The notes: a model not told the origin generated them from the sequence alone. Shown: positions 29,208-37,891, numbered from the stretch's first letter. The stretch is DNA of 64,000 bases from an uncultured virus (IMG/VR IMGVR_UViG_3300021599_002910) (IMGVR_UViG_3300021599_002910:1-64000), one strand, 5' to 3'. Translations and numbers: made by a program.

Positions 29208-29284
29208 AAAAAAAATAATTTCTATAACAAGACCCTCTTCATTCACGAAGGGGGTTTTTTATTTCCCAAAGTATTTATTGTAAT

Positions 29285-29935
29285 ATGAAATACATTATCA
29301 CAGAATCTCAATTGAAGACCATCATGATGGAACAAGGTTATTCAACAGATTACGAAAGACGTGAATTAAAGAAGGTTGATAATCAAGTCGCAGCTCAGAA
29401 TAAATTGGGTAAGTTGGGTCCAAATTTGGATGCTGATGATTATGCTGATATTGTTTCAGGTTTGGTTGATGCTGTACCAGGAATTGGTAATCTAATATCA
29501 ATTGGTATTGATGTTACACATGCTCTCACATATGTTGTTAGGTATTTCTTTGCAAAGACAACTGAAGAAAAAATTGAAATGTCTTTATTGGCGGTTGTTA
29601 CATTTGCTTCGTCACTAATTCCTGTTGGAGGTAATGCCTCAAACATTGCTGCGAGAGTGGAAGTAAAATCTTTATTAAAAAAGACACCGTTTGAACTTCG
29701 TGTGATTATGAAAAACATGGGTATAATAAAATCTGCAGGTTTCAACTTAGCAAAAGAACCTTGGAAATATTCCTTCATGATTGCTCTTGTAAAAATATTC
29801 AAATCAAAAGCCGCAGATGCTCTCGCTATTGTCTCAAGCAAACTCGCAGCTTTATCAAATAAATCAAAAGAGTTGAAACCTTATATTGATGACTTCAATA
29901 CACAAATCAAAGATGTTCAAACAATGTTGGCATAG
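29285..29935 (+). CDS. MKYIITE-leader protein, paralog of 34224
   Basis: DAVPGIGNLIS..ID...Y...LIP pattern. Confidence 0.75.
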   Translation: MKYIITESQLKTIMMEQGYSTDYERRELKKVDNQVAAQNKLGKLGPNLDADDYADIVSGLVDAVPGIGNLISIGIDVTHALTYVVRYFFAKTTEEKIEMSLLAVVTFASSLIPVGGNASNIAARVEVKSLLKKTPFELRVIMKNMGIIKSAGFNLAKEPWKYSFMIALVKIFKSKAADALAIVSSKLAALSNKSKELKPYIDDFNTQIKDVQTMLA

Positions 29936-29992
29936 TAAAAACAATTATACTTATTAAACCCCTACTTCATACAGAGGGGTTTTTTATTTGTG

Positions 29993-30018
29993 GGAATTGG
30001 AATTATATTTCCAATTCC
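29993..30018. promoter_or_regulatory. perfect inverted repeat, candidate operator
   Basis: GGAATTGGAA-ttatat-TTCCAATTCC in a non-coding gap. Confidence 0.45.
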
Positions 30019-30195
30019 TTTATAATATGTAAAATGGAAACCTTCTATTTTGTAAAATTGGAAATATGTTTCTAAAACAAGTATTCCACTACGTTCCATA
30101 GACAAGACCCCTCTTTTTTTATTTACCCCTTTATAGTCAAAAAAAAATTTTTGGAAATTTTTTGTAAAAGGTCTATGTTTGCAAAAAAATAGTAT

Positions 30196-30294
30196 ATGGA
30201 TTATTCATTGATAATTTTCTTTGGGGTTGCTATTCTCATATTTGGGGGGACAATACTTCATGAGTATTTGTTTGATAAAAAAGATGATAAATGA
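30196..30294 (+). CDS. 32-aa membrane peptide
   Basis: MDYSLIIFFGVAILIFGGTILHEYLFDKKDDK*; ATGA overlap with the next gene. Confidence 0.55.
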   Translation: MDYSLIIFFGVAILIFGGTILHEYLFDKKDDK

Positions 30295-30488
30295 AATTTC
30301 CAAGAAATATCTTTCCTTATCTTTATGAGCTTCAGAGATTGGAGGAGTTAGGTCTCAAACAAGAAAGTTATGATTTCAGAAAAGACTTCAATGAACTTCT
30401 TTGGAAGGAATATAAAAAAAGGTTGGACCTCATTGAATGTAGGGCACTGAATTTAGGGGGAGATAAAAAAATTCATAAAATAGAATGA
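30291..30488 (+). CDS. hypothetical protein
   Basis: Small-gene operon. Confidence 0.55.
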   Translation: MKFPRNIFPYLYELQRLEELGLKQESYDFRKDFNELLWKEYKKRLDLIECRALNLGGDKKIHKIE

Positions 30489-30489
30489 T

Positions 30490-30588
30490 ATGGATAGTGA
30501 AATATTTTATATGTTGATTGGGATTGCATGTCTTGTGGTTGTTGGGGGAATTGTTTATATTATATGGAAAATGAAAATTGAAAAGTAA
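30490..30588 (+). CDS. 32-aa membrane peptide
   Basis: MDSEIFYMLIGIACLVVVGGIVYIIWKMKIEK*; TAATG coupling. Confidence 0.55.
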   Translation: MDSEIFYMLIGIACLVVVGGIVYIIWKMKIEK

Positions 30589-30779
30589 TGAGAGATGCGA
30601 AGACAAGATACGAGGAGTATTCGAAGGTCGAGGTTCTTGAGGCAAGGTATAATAAATCCATCAACGGAAAATATTATACCACTTTGAAAAACATGAGACG
30701 AGACATTGAAAGGGGTAAAATGGGAGGGAATAAACATATTCATAGGGTAAATGCAATTAACAATTCACAACAAGGGTAG
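30588..30779 (+). CDS. hypothetical protein
   Basis: Small-gene operon. Confidence 0.5.
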   Translation: MRDAKTRYEEYSKVEVLEARYNKSINGKYYTTLKNMRRDIERGKMGGNKHIHRVNAINNSQQG

Positions 30780-30966
30780 ATTCCCCCATGCTTATGCTCT
30801 TAAAATTATTGGTGGAAGATATTCCGCCAAGGGTGAGGAGTATTATGAGGACCACGAGGAGGAACTTCAATTTGAATATACACAAATAATGGAATCAATT
30901 TCAAATAGGCTCGAACTTGGGTCAAATAATCAGATACATTCGAGATATGAAAGAAAAGATTTATAA
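30751..30966 (+). CDS. hypothetical protein
   Basis: Small-gene operon. Confidence 0.45.
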   Translation: MQLTIHNKGRFPHAYALKIIGGRYSAKGEEYYEDHEEELQFEYTQIMESISNRLELGSNNQIHSRYERKDL

Positions 30967-31255
30967 ATTTTTGGATGATTATGTTGGGGGAGGGACTACT
31001 TGTGAGATTATGTATAGTCCACTTAGGACGTGGACCGACACCTATGAGATAAAGTCGGATAGTGGTGTTTTGATATTATGGTTTCAAGTCAAAAGTGACC
31101 AAGTTAAAGTTTATAGGTCTGATTCTTTATGTAAAAAAATCGAAGGATATTTTCCTGTTGAAAACACGGAGTCATGGAAATATGTTAGAGATTGGTTTGG
31201 AGAAAGGAATAATATAAAGGTTTTATCTGACTTATTAAAATTAATTATAAAATGA
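30947..31255 (+). CDS. small paralog family protein lacking a leader
   Basis: KFLDDY...YF......YVRDWF. Confidence 0.65.
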   Translation: MKEKIYKFLDDYVGGGTTCEIMYSPLRTWTDTYEIKSDSGVLILWFQVKSDQVKVYRSDSLCKKIEGYFPVENTESWKYVRDWFGERNNIKVLSDLLKLIIK

Positions 31256-31449
31256 CAATAGAGGAATTATTGACGAGGAAAATATCCAACGAAATTGATA
31301 TTGAGCTTATGAAAAGAGTAATGAAATCTACTAAGGTCTCAAAACAAGGTGTTCAAGGAATAATTGATAAATTGGTGAAGGAACAAAATTTAAAACTTGA
31401 AAGAGAGTTATTGGGAGGAAAAAATAAAATACATGGAACCGAAGATTAA
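31252..31449 (+). CDS. hypothetical protein
   Basis: ATGA overlap. Confidence 0.55.
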   Translation: MTIEELLTRKISNEIDIELMKRVMKSTKVSKQGVQGIIDKLVKEQNLKLERELLGGKNKIHGTED

Positions 31450-31624
31450 TAAATCATATAGTCTCCCCGAGGGATTTATGGACAAGTATGAACAGGAAGT
31501 TATAAAGCTTGGAAAAATGTCTGATGTTATGAAAGCCATGTATGTTAGGTTGGGGAGGGAGCAGTATGACAAATTATTTAGAGATTTGCAAAATATGAGT
31601 AATCGTGATGTTCACGAAATATAA
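31433..31624 (+). CDS. hypothetical protein
   Basis: Start moved to ATG 31433. Confidence 0.55.
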   Translation: MEPKINKSYSLPEGFMDKYEQEVIKLGKMSDVMKAMYVRLGREQYDKLFRDLQNMSNRDVHEI

Positions 31625-31651
31625 GACATGTGCGTGTAGTATTTATTATTG

Positions 31652-31945
31652 ATGAAAGTTCCCCCATCTTCATATCAGAAATTATTTGATTCCATCTTAA
31701 TTGATGAATTCCCCGAAATTGAAAACATTTGGGTCGGTAAAAATTGGGCATTGGGTATAATAACTGTTAAAGTTTATTTGAAACCTGCTGACAAGCAAAC
31801 AGGAATGATTTCTTGTCATCATCTTATGAGAAGACTTATGACAAGAATGACCGAACTTTCTCAGTACTTTGGTGGGGGTGGTGTTTGCAGCTTGGACATT
31901 TATTTTGAGGATGAGCTCCTTTGTCATGATGCATTTAAGATGTAG
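31652..31945 (+). CDS. hypothetical protein
   Basis: After TATTTAT. Confidence 0.65.
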   Translation: MKVPPSSYQKLFDSILIDEFPEIENIWVGKNWALGIITVKVYLKPADKQTGMISCHHLMRRLMTRMTELSQYFGGGGVCSLDIYFEDELLCHDAFKM

Positions 31946-31978
31946 TATCTTTTTTTCTTATTTTAACCAGATATTCGC

Positions 31979-32053
31979 AAACGGAAACCGACTCCGTCGG
32001 TATTTTCCCCCGTTTTTTCGGCCGACGGTCCCCGACCGACTTCGTCGGTTCGG
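31979..32053. repeat. two GC-rich triloop hairpins
   Basis: ACCGAC-TCC-GTCGGT (31987-32001) and ACCGAC-TTC-GTCGGT (32035-32049). Confidence 0.7.
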
Positions 32054-32121
32054 TCCTTGTCCCTTCATTGTGACCACCTCATTATCACCATCTAAACAAA
32101 TGGGTCGGTATATTTATTGTT

Positions 32122-33018
32122 ATGAATTTACACGAAAATATAAAAAGAATTAAGGAAGTGATGGGATTGCTGGTTGAACAAGCTGATGATAAATCGGTAG
32201 TCTTATTGGATGGAACTTCTTCTGCGGGTAAATCTTATTTGTTGAAACAAATGAATGCTGTTCCTTATTATGAATCCAAGGACCCAAATCAATGGGTTGT
32301 GATTGCTTCTGATGATTTTAGTGGGACGGGTGAAGAAGGGAGAGAAGGTGAGGAAAGAAGACTTAAATTGGACCATCCAAATATAAGACAGTGGGCAAAA
32401 GAAAGAGAAGATGCTGGAATTGTTTCGGGTATTTATCGTGAAAATGGTGATACTGTTCCTGAAAATCCATTCGAAAAGGAATATCTTAAGGGAACTGACG
32501 CAAGATTATGGTATGTCGCTCAAGAAATCAAAACAGGGCCTTGGAAAAAGATATTTGTGGATACTGTCGACAACCAATTGCAAAAATATTTACCGAATGT
32601 AACCTTCAAAGAAATTCTATTACATACCCCAATTTATCTATTGGTGGAAAATGTTTCTAAGAGAAATGAAATAGCAAAAACAGACCCCAACTTTAAATAC
32701 GACAGCCGAGATATTGAAATGGTTTTGGAACAATATTTGGGAAAGTATGAAGCCACGAAAGAAAGACCATCAGAAAAGACAGGAGACCCTTCCACAATTT
32801 TGACCAAGAAAGGGTTGGAAGGTTTGTTGTCGAAGTCGACCTCGAACAAAAAGTTTATTGATGAGTTTATTTCAAAACTCGGTATAGTAGATGACGGTCA
32901 GTATTATATTAAAGTGAAGGATAATTATTTATCACCTAACACACAACTAATAAATGTTGATTCTGAAAGAACTGTGTATTTGGACAAGTTCAAAGACATT
33001 GTTCAGACACCATCTTAA
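32122..33018 (+). CDS. P-loop kinase (CPT/NMP-kinase-like) with MNL.ENI leader
   Basis: VLLDGTSSAGKS Walker A. Confidence 0.75.
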   Translation: MNLHENIKRIKEVMGLLVEQADDKSVVLLDGTSSAGKSYLLKQMNAVPYYESKDPNQWVVIASDDFSGTGEEGREGEERRLKLDHPNIRQWAKEREDAGIVSGIYRENGDTVPENPFEKEYLKGTDARLWYVAQEIKTGPWKKIFVDTVDNQLQKYLPNVTFKEILLHTPIYLLVENVSKRNEIAKTDPNFKYDSRDIEMVLEQYLGKYEATKERPSEKTGDPSTILTKKGLEGLLSKSTSNKKFIDEFISKLGIVDDGQYYIKVKDNYLSPNTQLINVDSERTVYLDKFKDIVQTPS

Positions 33019-33045
33019 ACAAATTGGTCGTGATATTTATTGTTG

Positions 33046-33606
33046 ATGAATCTGAACGAGAATATATCACGAGTAAAAGAATTGATGGGTTTGGTATCTG
33101 AAGAATTTGATTGGGACTTTGTCAATAAAATTGTTACCCGAGAAAAATCTGAGGAGATTTATAATTTGCTTTTGAAAATGTTTCCTGAACAAAAGGAAAT
33201 AATCGACTATCAATATAATGATGAAATGGGGTTACCGTTTGCAGAATGGAGAAGAACAATTTACGAAATCAAAGATTGGGTTTTAACGGGACCGATACTT
33301 GTTGACCCAAATGAAATTAATTTAGAAGATGAATTTGTTATTGATAGACAACAAAAATTTGATGACTATGTTTCAGGTAAATCAGATAAATATTTCAGAG
33401 AAAACCCGTCAGACCCGAGGAAAGTCAATTTTGGTAAACTCCCACCAATAACGTTAAGAAAAAATGATAAGGGTTATGAAGTTGTTGACGGCGCTCATAG
33501 AGTTTTCTTGGCAAAAATGAAAAACAAGCCATTAAAAGCGTATGTTTGGGTCAATGAGCCAAATAATTCTCCATACGTTGATAATATCCAAAGACTTTTC
33601 AATTAG
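33046..33606 (+). CDS. ParB/Srx-fold protein with MNLNENI leader
   Basis: LPPITL...YEVVDGAHRV. Confidence 0.75.
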   Translation: MNLNENISRVKELMGLVSEEFDWDFVNKIVTREKSEEIYNLLLKMFPEQKEIIDYQYNDEMGLPFAEWRRTIYEIKDWVLTGPILVDPNEINLEDEFVIDRQQKFDDYVSGKSDKYFRENPSDPRKVNFGKLPPITLRKNDKGYEVVDGAHRVFLAKMKNKPLKAYVWVNEPNNSPYVDNIQRLFN

Positions 33607-33646
33607 TTGACCATCTCAGACAAGTGGGTCGTGATATTTATTGATG

Positions 33647-34186
33647 ATGAACTTGAACGAAAATATATCACGAGTAAAAGAATTGATGGGGATTATTGTT
33701 GAAACTCGTGAAGGTTATATGAATTATCTTAGAAATAAGAGTAAAGAAATTACGGGAATTGATTGGCCTGAATATGTTTTAAGAGATTGGTTGTATAGAA
33801 ACACAAAAGACATAAAAGATGAAAGTCCTGAAGAATATAAAGACCTTGTGAGAAGTTATCTCGTTAGTTTTGTTGAAGGGCACGGTAAAGGTCATTGGGA
33901 AAATAAAATATTGGATTTGTCGTTGGAATCATTCACAGAGTTTGTTCAGAAAGATTTGAGAAAAAAGATTGAAGGTTTCAGAAGAACTGACATTACCAAA
34001 GACACCGAAAGACACGATTTTCAACAATCTAATTTGGAAAAGGGTGGTTTGTCTTCTGAACCAATTATCGTGGTTGAAACAAAGGACGGAAAGTATGACT
34101 TATTGGAAGGTTGGCACAGAACAACCGCAGCACTCAAAAAATTCGGTAATTACAAGCAAAACGCTTGGGTGTATGTCCTTAAATAG
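33647..34186 (+). CDS. ParB/Srx-fold protein with MNLNENI leader
   Basis: EPIIVV...YDLLEGWHRT. Confidence 0.75.
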   Translation: MNLNENISRVKELMGIIVETREGYMNYLRNKSKEITGIDWPEYVLRDWLYRNTKDIKDESPEEYKDLVRSYLVSFVEGHGKGHWENKILDLSLESFTEFVQKDLRKKIEGFRRTDITKDTERHDFQQSNLEKGGLSSEPIIVVETKDGKYDLLEGWHRTTAALKKFGNYKQNAWVYVLK

Positions 34187-34223
34187 ACCATCTCATATAA
34201 TTGGGTCGTGATATTTATTTGTT

Positions 34224-34838
34224 ATGAAGTACATCATAACTGAAAGACAATTAAAATTAATTTCAGAACAGAGCATGACGGGTTGGGGAAATTATGTTCC
34301 CCAAGGTCAACAAAAAAGCGTTGTAAAAGGTTGGGACAAAGCTTTGACGAGTCATGACATGAATGTTTTTTTGGGTATTGTTTCTGTTCTAATTCCTGTT
34401 ATTGGACCATTTATATCATCTATGGTTGGGCTTGGAGATGCTGCAAGACATTTCCAAGAAGGAAATAAGAAAGCTGCAACCATTATTACTCTATTTTCTT
34501 TAATCCCTTTATCGGGTAAACTTTTGGGTCTCATACCTGAACTAAATCAGGTTGGTGTTAGAGGGTCGGTTGCGTTGGCAGAAAAATTACTTTCCAAAAC
34601 AAGATTAACTCCAGTTGAGGTCCAAGTGGTGAAAAAGGTTGCAACAAATAAAAATGTCATCCAAGCAGAACTAAAAACTATCGAAGGTTTATTAAAATCC
34701 GTGGAACCATCAATAACCAAATACAAAGATAGATACATTCAAAAATTCGGTGAACAAAAATACAAGCAACTTCTTTCTAATTATATTTCTCAACAAATTA
34801 ATTCAGACCAATTTAATCAAACAATATCAAAAGTTTAA
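34224..34838 (+). CDS. MKYIITE-leader protein, paralog of 29285
   Basis: LIPVIGPFISS..G.DA...F.EG...A...LIP. Confidence 0.75.
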   Translation: MKYIITERQLKLISEQSMTGWGNYVPQGQQKSVVKGWDKALTSHDMNVFLGIVSVLIPVIGPFISSMVGLGDAARHFQEGNKKAATIITLFSLIPLSGKLLGLIPELNQVGVRGSVALAEKLLSKTRLTPVEVQVVKKVATNKNVIQAELKTIEGLLKSVEPSITKYKDRYIQKFGEQKYKQLLSNYISQQINSDQFNQTISKV

Positions 34839-34878
34839 AATTAAATCTCAGACAATGGGGTCGTGATATTTATTGTTG

Positions 34879-35871
34879 ATGAAATATCTAATCACAGAAT
34901 CACAATACAATTTTTTATTGGAACAAACTTCCCCTTTTTATACAAAAGAAGGTTTGTTCAATCAAGGTGGACCCGTGTCATCACCTATGGGTTCAGTAGA
35001 AGCCTCGAGGGTTTTCCCTCGAATAAAAGACGGAAAGTATCCCCAAAAGATAGACCCGTCTGTTGTTAGTAAAGCGTTTGCCGAAAAGTCTAAGGTTGAA
35101 CGACTATTCACTAACAAAATACCAAGTGCATCCAAACAAGTTCAAGACCAAGTTGATTATCTCAGAAAAAATAAAATAATGGGAAATGAGAAATTTACCA
35201 TATTGGATGATTCTCAAGCCAGAATTTATCTATTCAATCCTGGATATGAACTTGTTAGAACATTTTTGGTTTTAACAGGTAAAGAGGACCAAAGCGACAA
35301 GTTTGTTGTTCAAGATTTTTATAAACAGGTTTGGAATAAATTTAAGGACAGTGTTGCAAATTTGAAAAAAGAAGGGATGGAAGGGTTTGTTAAGAGAATG
35401 GAGCAATGTTTTGCTCCTACAGAGGATAGATGGCCTGAACAAAGTACCCCTGCTGGAATATTCAGAAGAACTGCAGGAATCAAAGATACTTTGGAAGATG
35501 AGATTGCGAGACAATCAGACATTGCAACTTATGGAGAGAAATACATGTCATTTGAAACCTTTGATGGTAACGAAACTGTAACTGCATTTCATGGAACGAA
35601 AAAAAGACCAAGAATAGATGCTTTAACAACCGCGGACCTTTCCCCTCAGAGTTGTAAAAGAAGGAAAATGAGTAAGGGTTGTATTAATTTCAAGGAACCT
35701 GATATTTTTGAAATTGAAAAATTTATAAAGCCCCACCAAAAAAGTATTTGGTTACCCTCTGATGGTAAAAGTATAATTACGATAGGTTCCGGTGAACTTC
35801 AAATTCCACCTGATATGGAAAACCCTTCTTTTAAACAAAGGGTAAAAAATTCATTCGAACGTTTGATATAA
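34879..35871 (+). CDS. L,D-transpeptidase-like protein with leader
   Basis: VLTGK, TPAGIF, AFHGT...MSKGCINF. Confidence 0.7.
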   Translation: MKYLITESQYNFLLEQTSPFYTKEGLFNQGGPVSSPMGSVEASRVFPRIKDGKYPQKIDPSVVSKAFAEKSKVERLFTNKIPSASKQVQDQVDYLRKNKIMGNEKFTILDDSQARIYLFNPGYELVRTFLVLTGKEDQSDKFVVQDFYKQVWNKFKDSVANLKKEGMEGFVKRMEQCFAPTEDRWPEQSTPAGIFRRTAGIKDTLEDEIARQSDIATYGEKYMSFETFDGNETVTAFHGTKKRPRIDALTTADLSPQSCKRRKMSKGCINFKEPDIFEIEKFIKPHQKSIWLPSDGKSIITIGSGELQIPPDMENPSFKQRVKNSFERLI

Positions 35872-35914
35872 CATCTCATTCCGCCATAATTTATTGTTGT
35901 AATATTTATAATTG

Positions 35915-36940
35915 ATGAATTTGAATGAAAATATATCACGAGTTAAAGAACTCATGGGTGGTGCAATATCCAATAATTTGGACGAACAAAAAAAACCAAC
36001 CCCATCTATACCACCTTTGAAATTTGGTCAACCCCGTTTACCAGCAAGTTCTACTTATGTAAACAATAATATTGCAGGACGTGCGGATTTTGCAAAAGAA
36101 AGAGACAACTGTATGAAGAGTTACAATACAACAACATTAAGTCAGGCGGTAAATTGGTGGAAAGATTGGTTGAGAAGTCCTGTCACTTTAAATAAATTTG
36201 CAAAAAATTGGAAAATTTCTACAAACGAAGCCTCTGAGATATTCAAAGATTATAACGAGGCTTTGTCTGATTTGCGATTTCAATATTATTCAGACCCGAG
36301 AAGTGATTCAATTGCCCACGTTAGACCAAATACAGTGATGGGTTATAGCCCTTTTGAAGGGATTATTTATATTAATTGTGCAAACAACACCGAAGACCCT
36401 CTCGGAATTTTAATTCATGAAATTCAACACATTCTTTATAATGTGAAACCATTCCACCCTAAACAAAAAATAGATGTTGATTTGAAAATTGATAGAAACA
36501 AAAAAGAATCTATATGGACAAGTTTGGGGTCCCTTTTCGGTTCAGAAACTGAAGCCCGTAAGTCAGAATTAACTAAAGCCGAGAAAGATAAATGGTATAA
36601 ATACGCGTATGATTTAAGAGCGCAGGGGATAAAAAAACCTGTCGACCTAATAAACAGTTACCTACGATTGTTGAGAAATAATAAAAAAGAATATATCTAT
36701 GAAGATACTGAAATCTTATCAAGATTATATGGGATAAGAAACATAATAGGGGTAAAACCTGGTCAAGATATCACGGTGGAAGACTTCGTAAAAATAGTTA
36801 ATACAGGTGATGTAAACGCGTTCTGGATAATGATGAGTATTATGAATTCAGGTCAAACTATTCAAAATGTTTTAAATAGATTTAATGCATACGCAAAAAA
36901 CAATCCGCCGAACAATCAAAATACAACTTATAACGTTTAA
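35915..36940 (+). CDS. HExxH metallopeptidase-like protein with MNLNENI leader
   Basis: ILIHEIQH...EILSRL. Confidence 0.65.
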   Translation: MNLNENISRVKELMGGAISNNLDEQKKPTPSIPPLKFGQPRLPASSTYVNNNIAGRADFAKERDNCMKSYNTTTLSQAVNWWKDWLRSPVTLNKFAKNWKISTNEASEIFKDYNEALSDLRFQYYSDPRSDSIAHVRPNTVMGYSPFEGIIYINCANNTEDPLGILIHEIQHILYNVKPFHPKQKIDVDLKIDRNKKESIWTSLGSLFGSETEARKSELTKAEKDKWYKYAYDLRAQGIKKPVDLINSYLRLLRNNKKEYIYEDTEILSRLYGIRNIIGVKPGQDITVEDFVKIVNTGDVNAFWIMMSIMNSGQTIQNVLNRFNAYAKNNPPNNQNTTYNV

Positions 36941-37032
36941 GTATTCAATAAAAAAAAAATTGAACCCTTCCATTGTGAGGGGTTTTTTATTTGTTATTCT
37001 AAAATATATTTTTTATAATTAAAAGAAAATAT

Positions 37033-37206
37033 ATGAATAACTTTTATAACTTTTGGGCAAAACGGATTATCAGTGATGGTCTTCGATTCATAAAAATAAT
37101 CATCGGGATTGGATTATCTGTTTCTTTTGGTGTATCTTTGAATCTTCCCATCGGAATTATGTTTTTCGGTTGGGTTTTAGTTGAGGCTTTACAAGAAAAA
37201 AAATAA
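37033..37206 (+). CDS. 57-aa membrane protein
   Basis: Two hydrophobic segments; below the ORF-track cutoff. Confidence 0.6.
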   Translation: MNNFYNFWAKRIISDGLRFIKIIIGIGLSVSFGVSLNLPIGIMFFGWVLVEALQEKK

Positions 37207-37209
37207 TAT

Positions 37210-37314
37210 ATGATTGGTATAGGACTTACAAAACTTTTTGTAATCTTGATTGTTACCTACTTGGTCATCATAACAATCGAAGATGTTAACAATTCAATTA
37301 AAAACTATAAATAA
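37210..37314 (+). CDS. 34-aa membrane peptide
   Basis: MIGIGLTKLFVILIVTYLVII...; TAATG coupling. Confidence 0.55.
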   Translation: MIGIGLTKLFVILIVTYLVIITIEDVNNSIKNYK

Positions 37315-37487
37315 TGAATAAATTTTCAGTCTCTGAACTCGGAATCCTAATTCTGTGTGTTGTGTGTATTTTTGTCTCTGAGTATATCTATCTCACTAAC
37401 GGAGACCAACTTAAAGCAATTTTCATCGGACTATGGCCTCCAACTATGTTGGGATTATTAAATTTCATCAATTCAAAAAGAAAATAA
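37314..37487 (+). CDS. 57-aa two-TM membrane protein
   Basis: ...AIFIGLWPPTMLG... Confidence 0.65.
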   Translation: MNKFSVSELGILILCVVCIFVSEYIYLTNGDQLKAIFIGLWPPTMLGLLNFINSKRK

Positions 37488-37488
37488 A

Positions 37489-37845
37489 ATGGAAAACTTA
37501 GACATTGTAATTCTTTCGACTATTGTAACTACTTTATTTGCAATTTTCATTGGTCTTACAATCAAAGAACTTAATAGAGCAGAAATGGGGATAACCCCAT
37601 CACAAGAGTCAGGACCAAGAGCAAACCTAACAAAGTTTATGGGTAAACTTTTTGACTCCCCTCCGTTAACGAAAGAACAGGCCGATAAAAAATTAGACGT
37701 GTATGAAACCGTTTATAGGACTATTGCGGACATGGAATCTGATGGAGTGTATTTTCCTGATGAGGTAAAAAAAGAGCTCATAAAGAAACGAGAAGAGCTT
37801 TATTGTGAATATTCTAGCCTTCCATCCGTAAAATCTTACGAGTAG
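37489..37845 (+). CDS. N-terminal TM hypothetical protein
   Basis: IVILSTIVTTLFAIFIG. Confidence 0.7.
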   Translation: MENLDIVILSTIVTTLFAIFIGLTIKELNRAEMGITPSQESGPRANLTKFMGKLFDSPPLTKEQADKKLDVYETVYRTIADMESDGVYFPDEVKKELIKKREELYCEYSSLPSVKSYE

Positions 37846-37891
37846 ATTTGAAAATTCTAAATTTTATAATATTATTGAAAATAAAAACACT

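Larger units (their letters stand above)
25801..29260 (+). repeat. array A: seven dispersed copies of an intergenic terminator repeat
   Basis: ACCCTCTTC-N6-GAAGGGGGTTTT at ~25801, 26492, 27120, 27682, 28065, 28671, 29231, usually followed by AAATTTTTGGGA and TATTTAT. Confidence 0.85.
32088..35915 (+). repeat. array B: conserved ~35-bp gene-junction repeat
   Basis: CCATCT(CAGACAA)nTGGGTCGTGATATTTATTGTTGATG at ~32088, 33010, 33609, 34187, 34846; partial copy at 35872. Confidence 0.85.

Noticed and set aside
25801..29260. Repeats as a CRISPR array
   Set aside because: The intervening sequences are whole genes of several hundred bp, the repeats are terminators, and no cas genes are visible.
32088..35915. 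Classical integron attC array
   Set aside because: No GTTRRRY/RYYYAAC core sites, no long attC dyads, and no integron integrase in the window.
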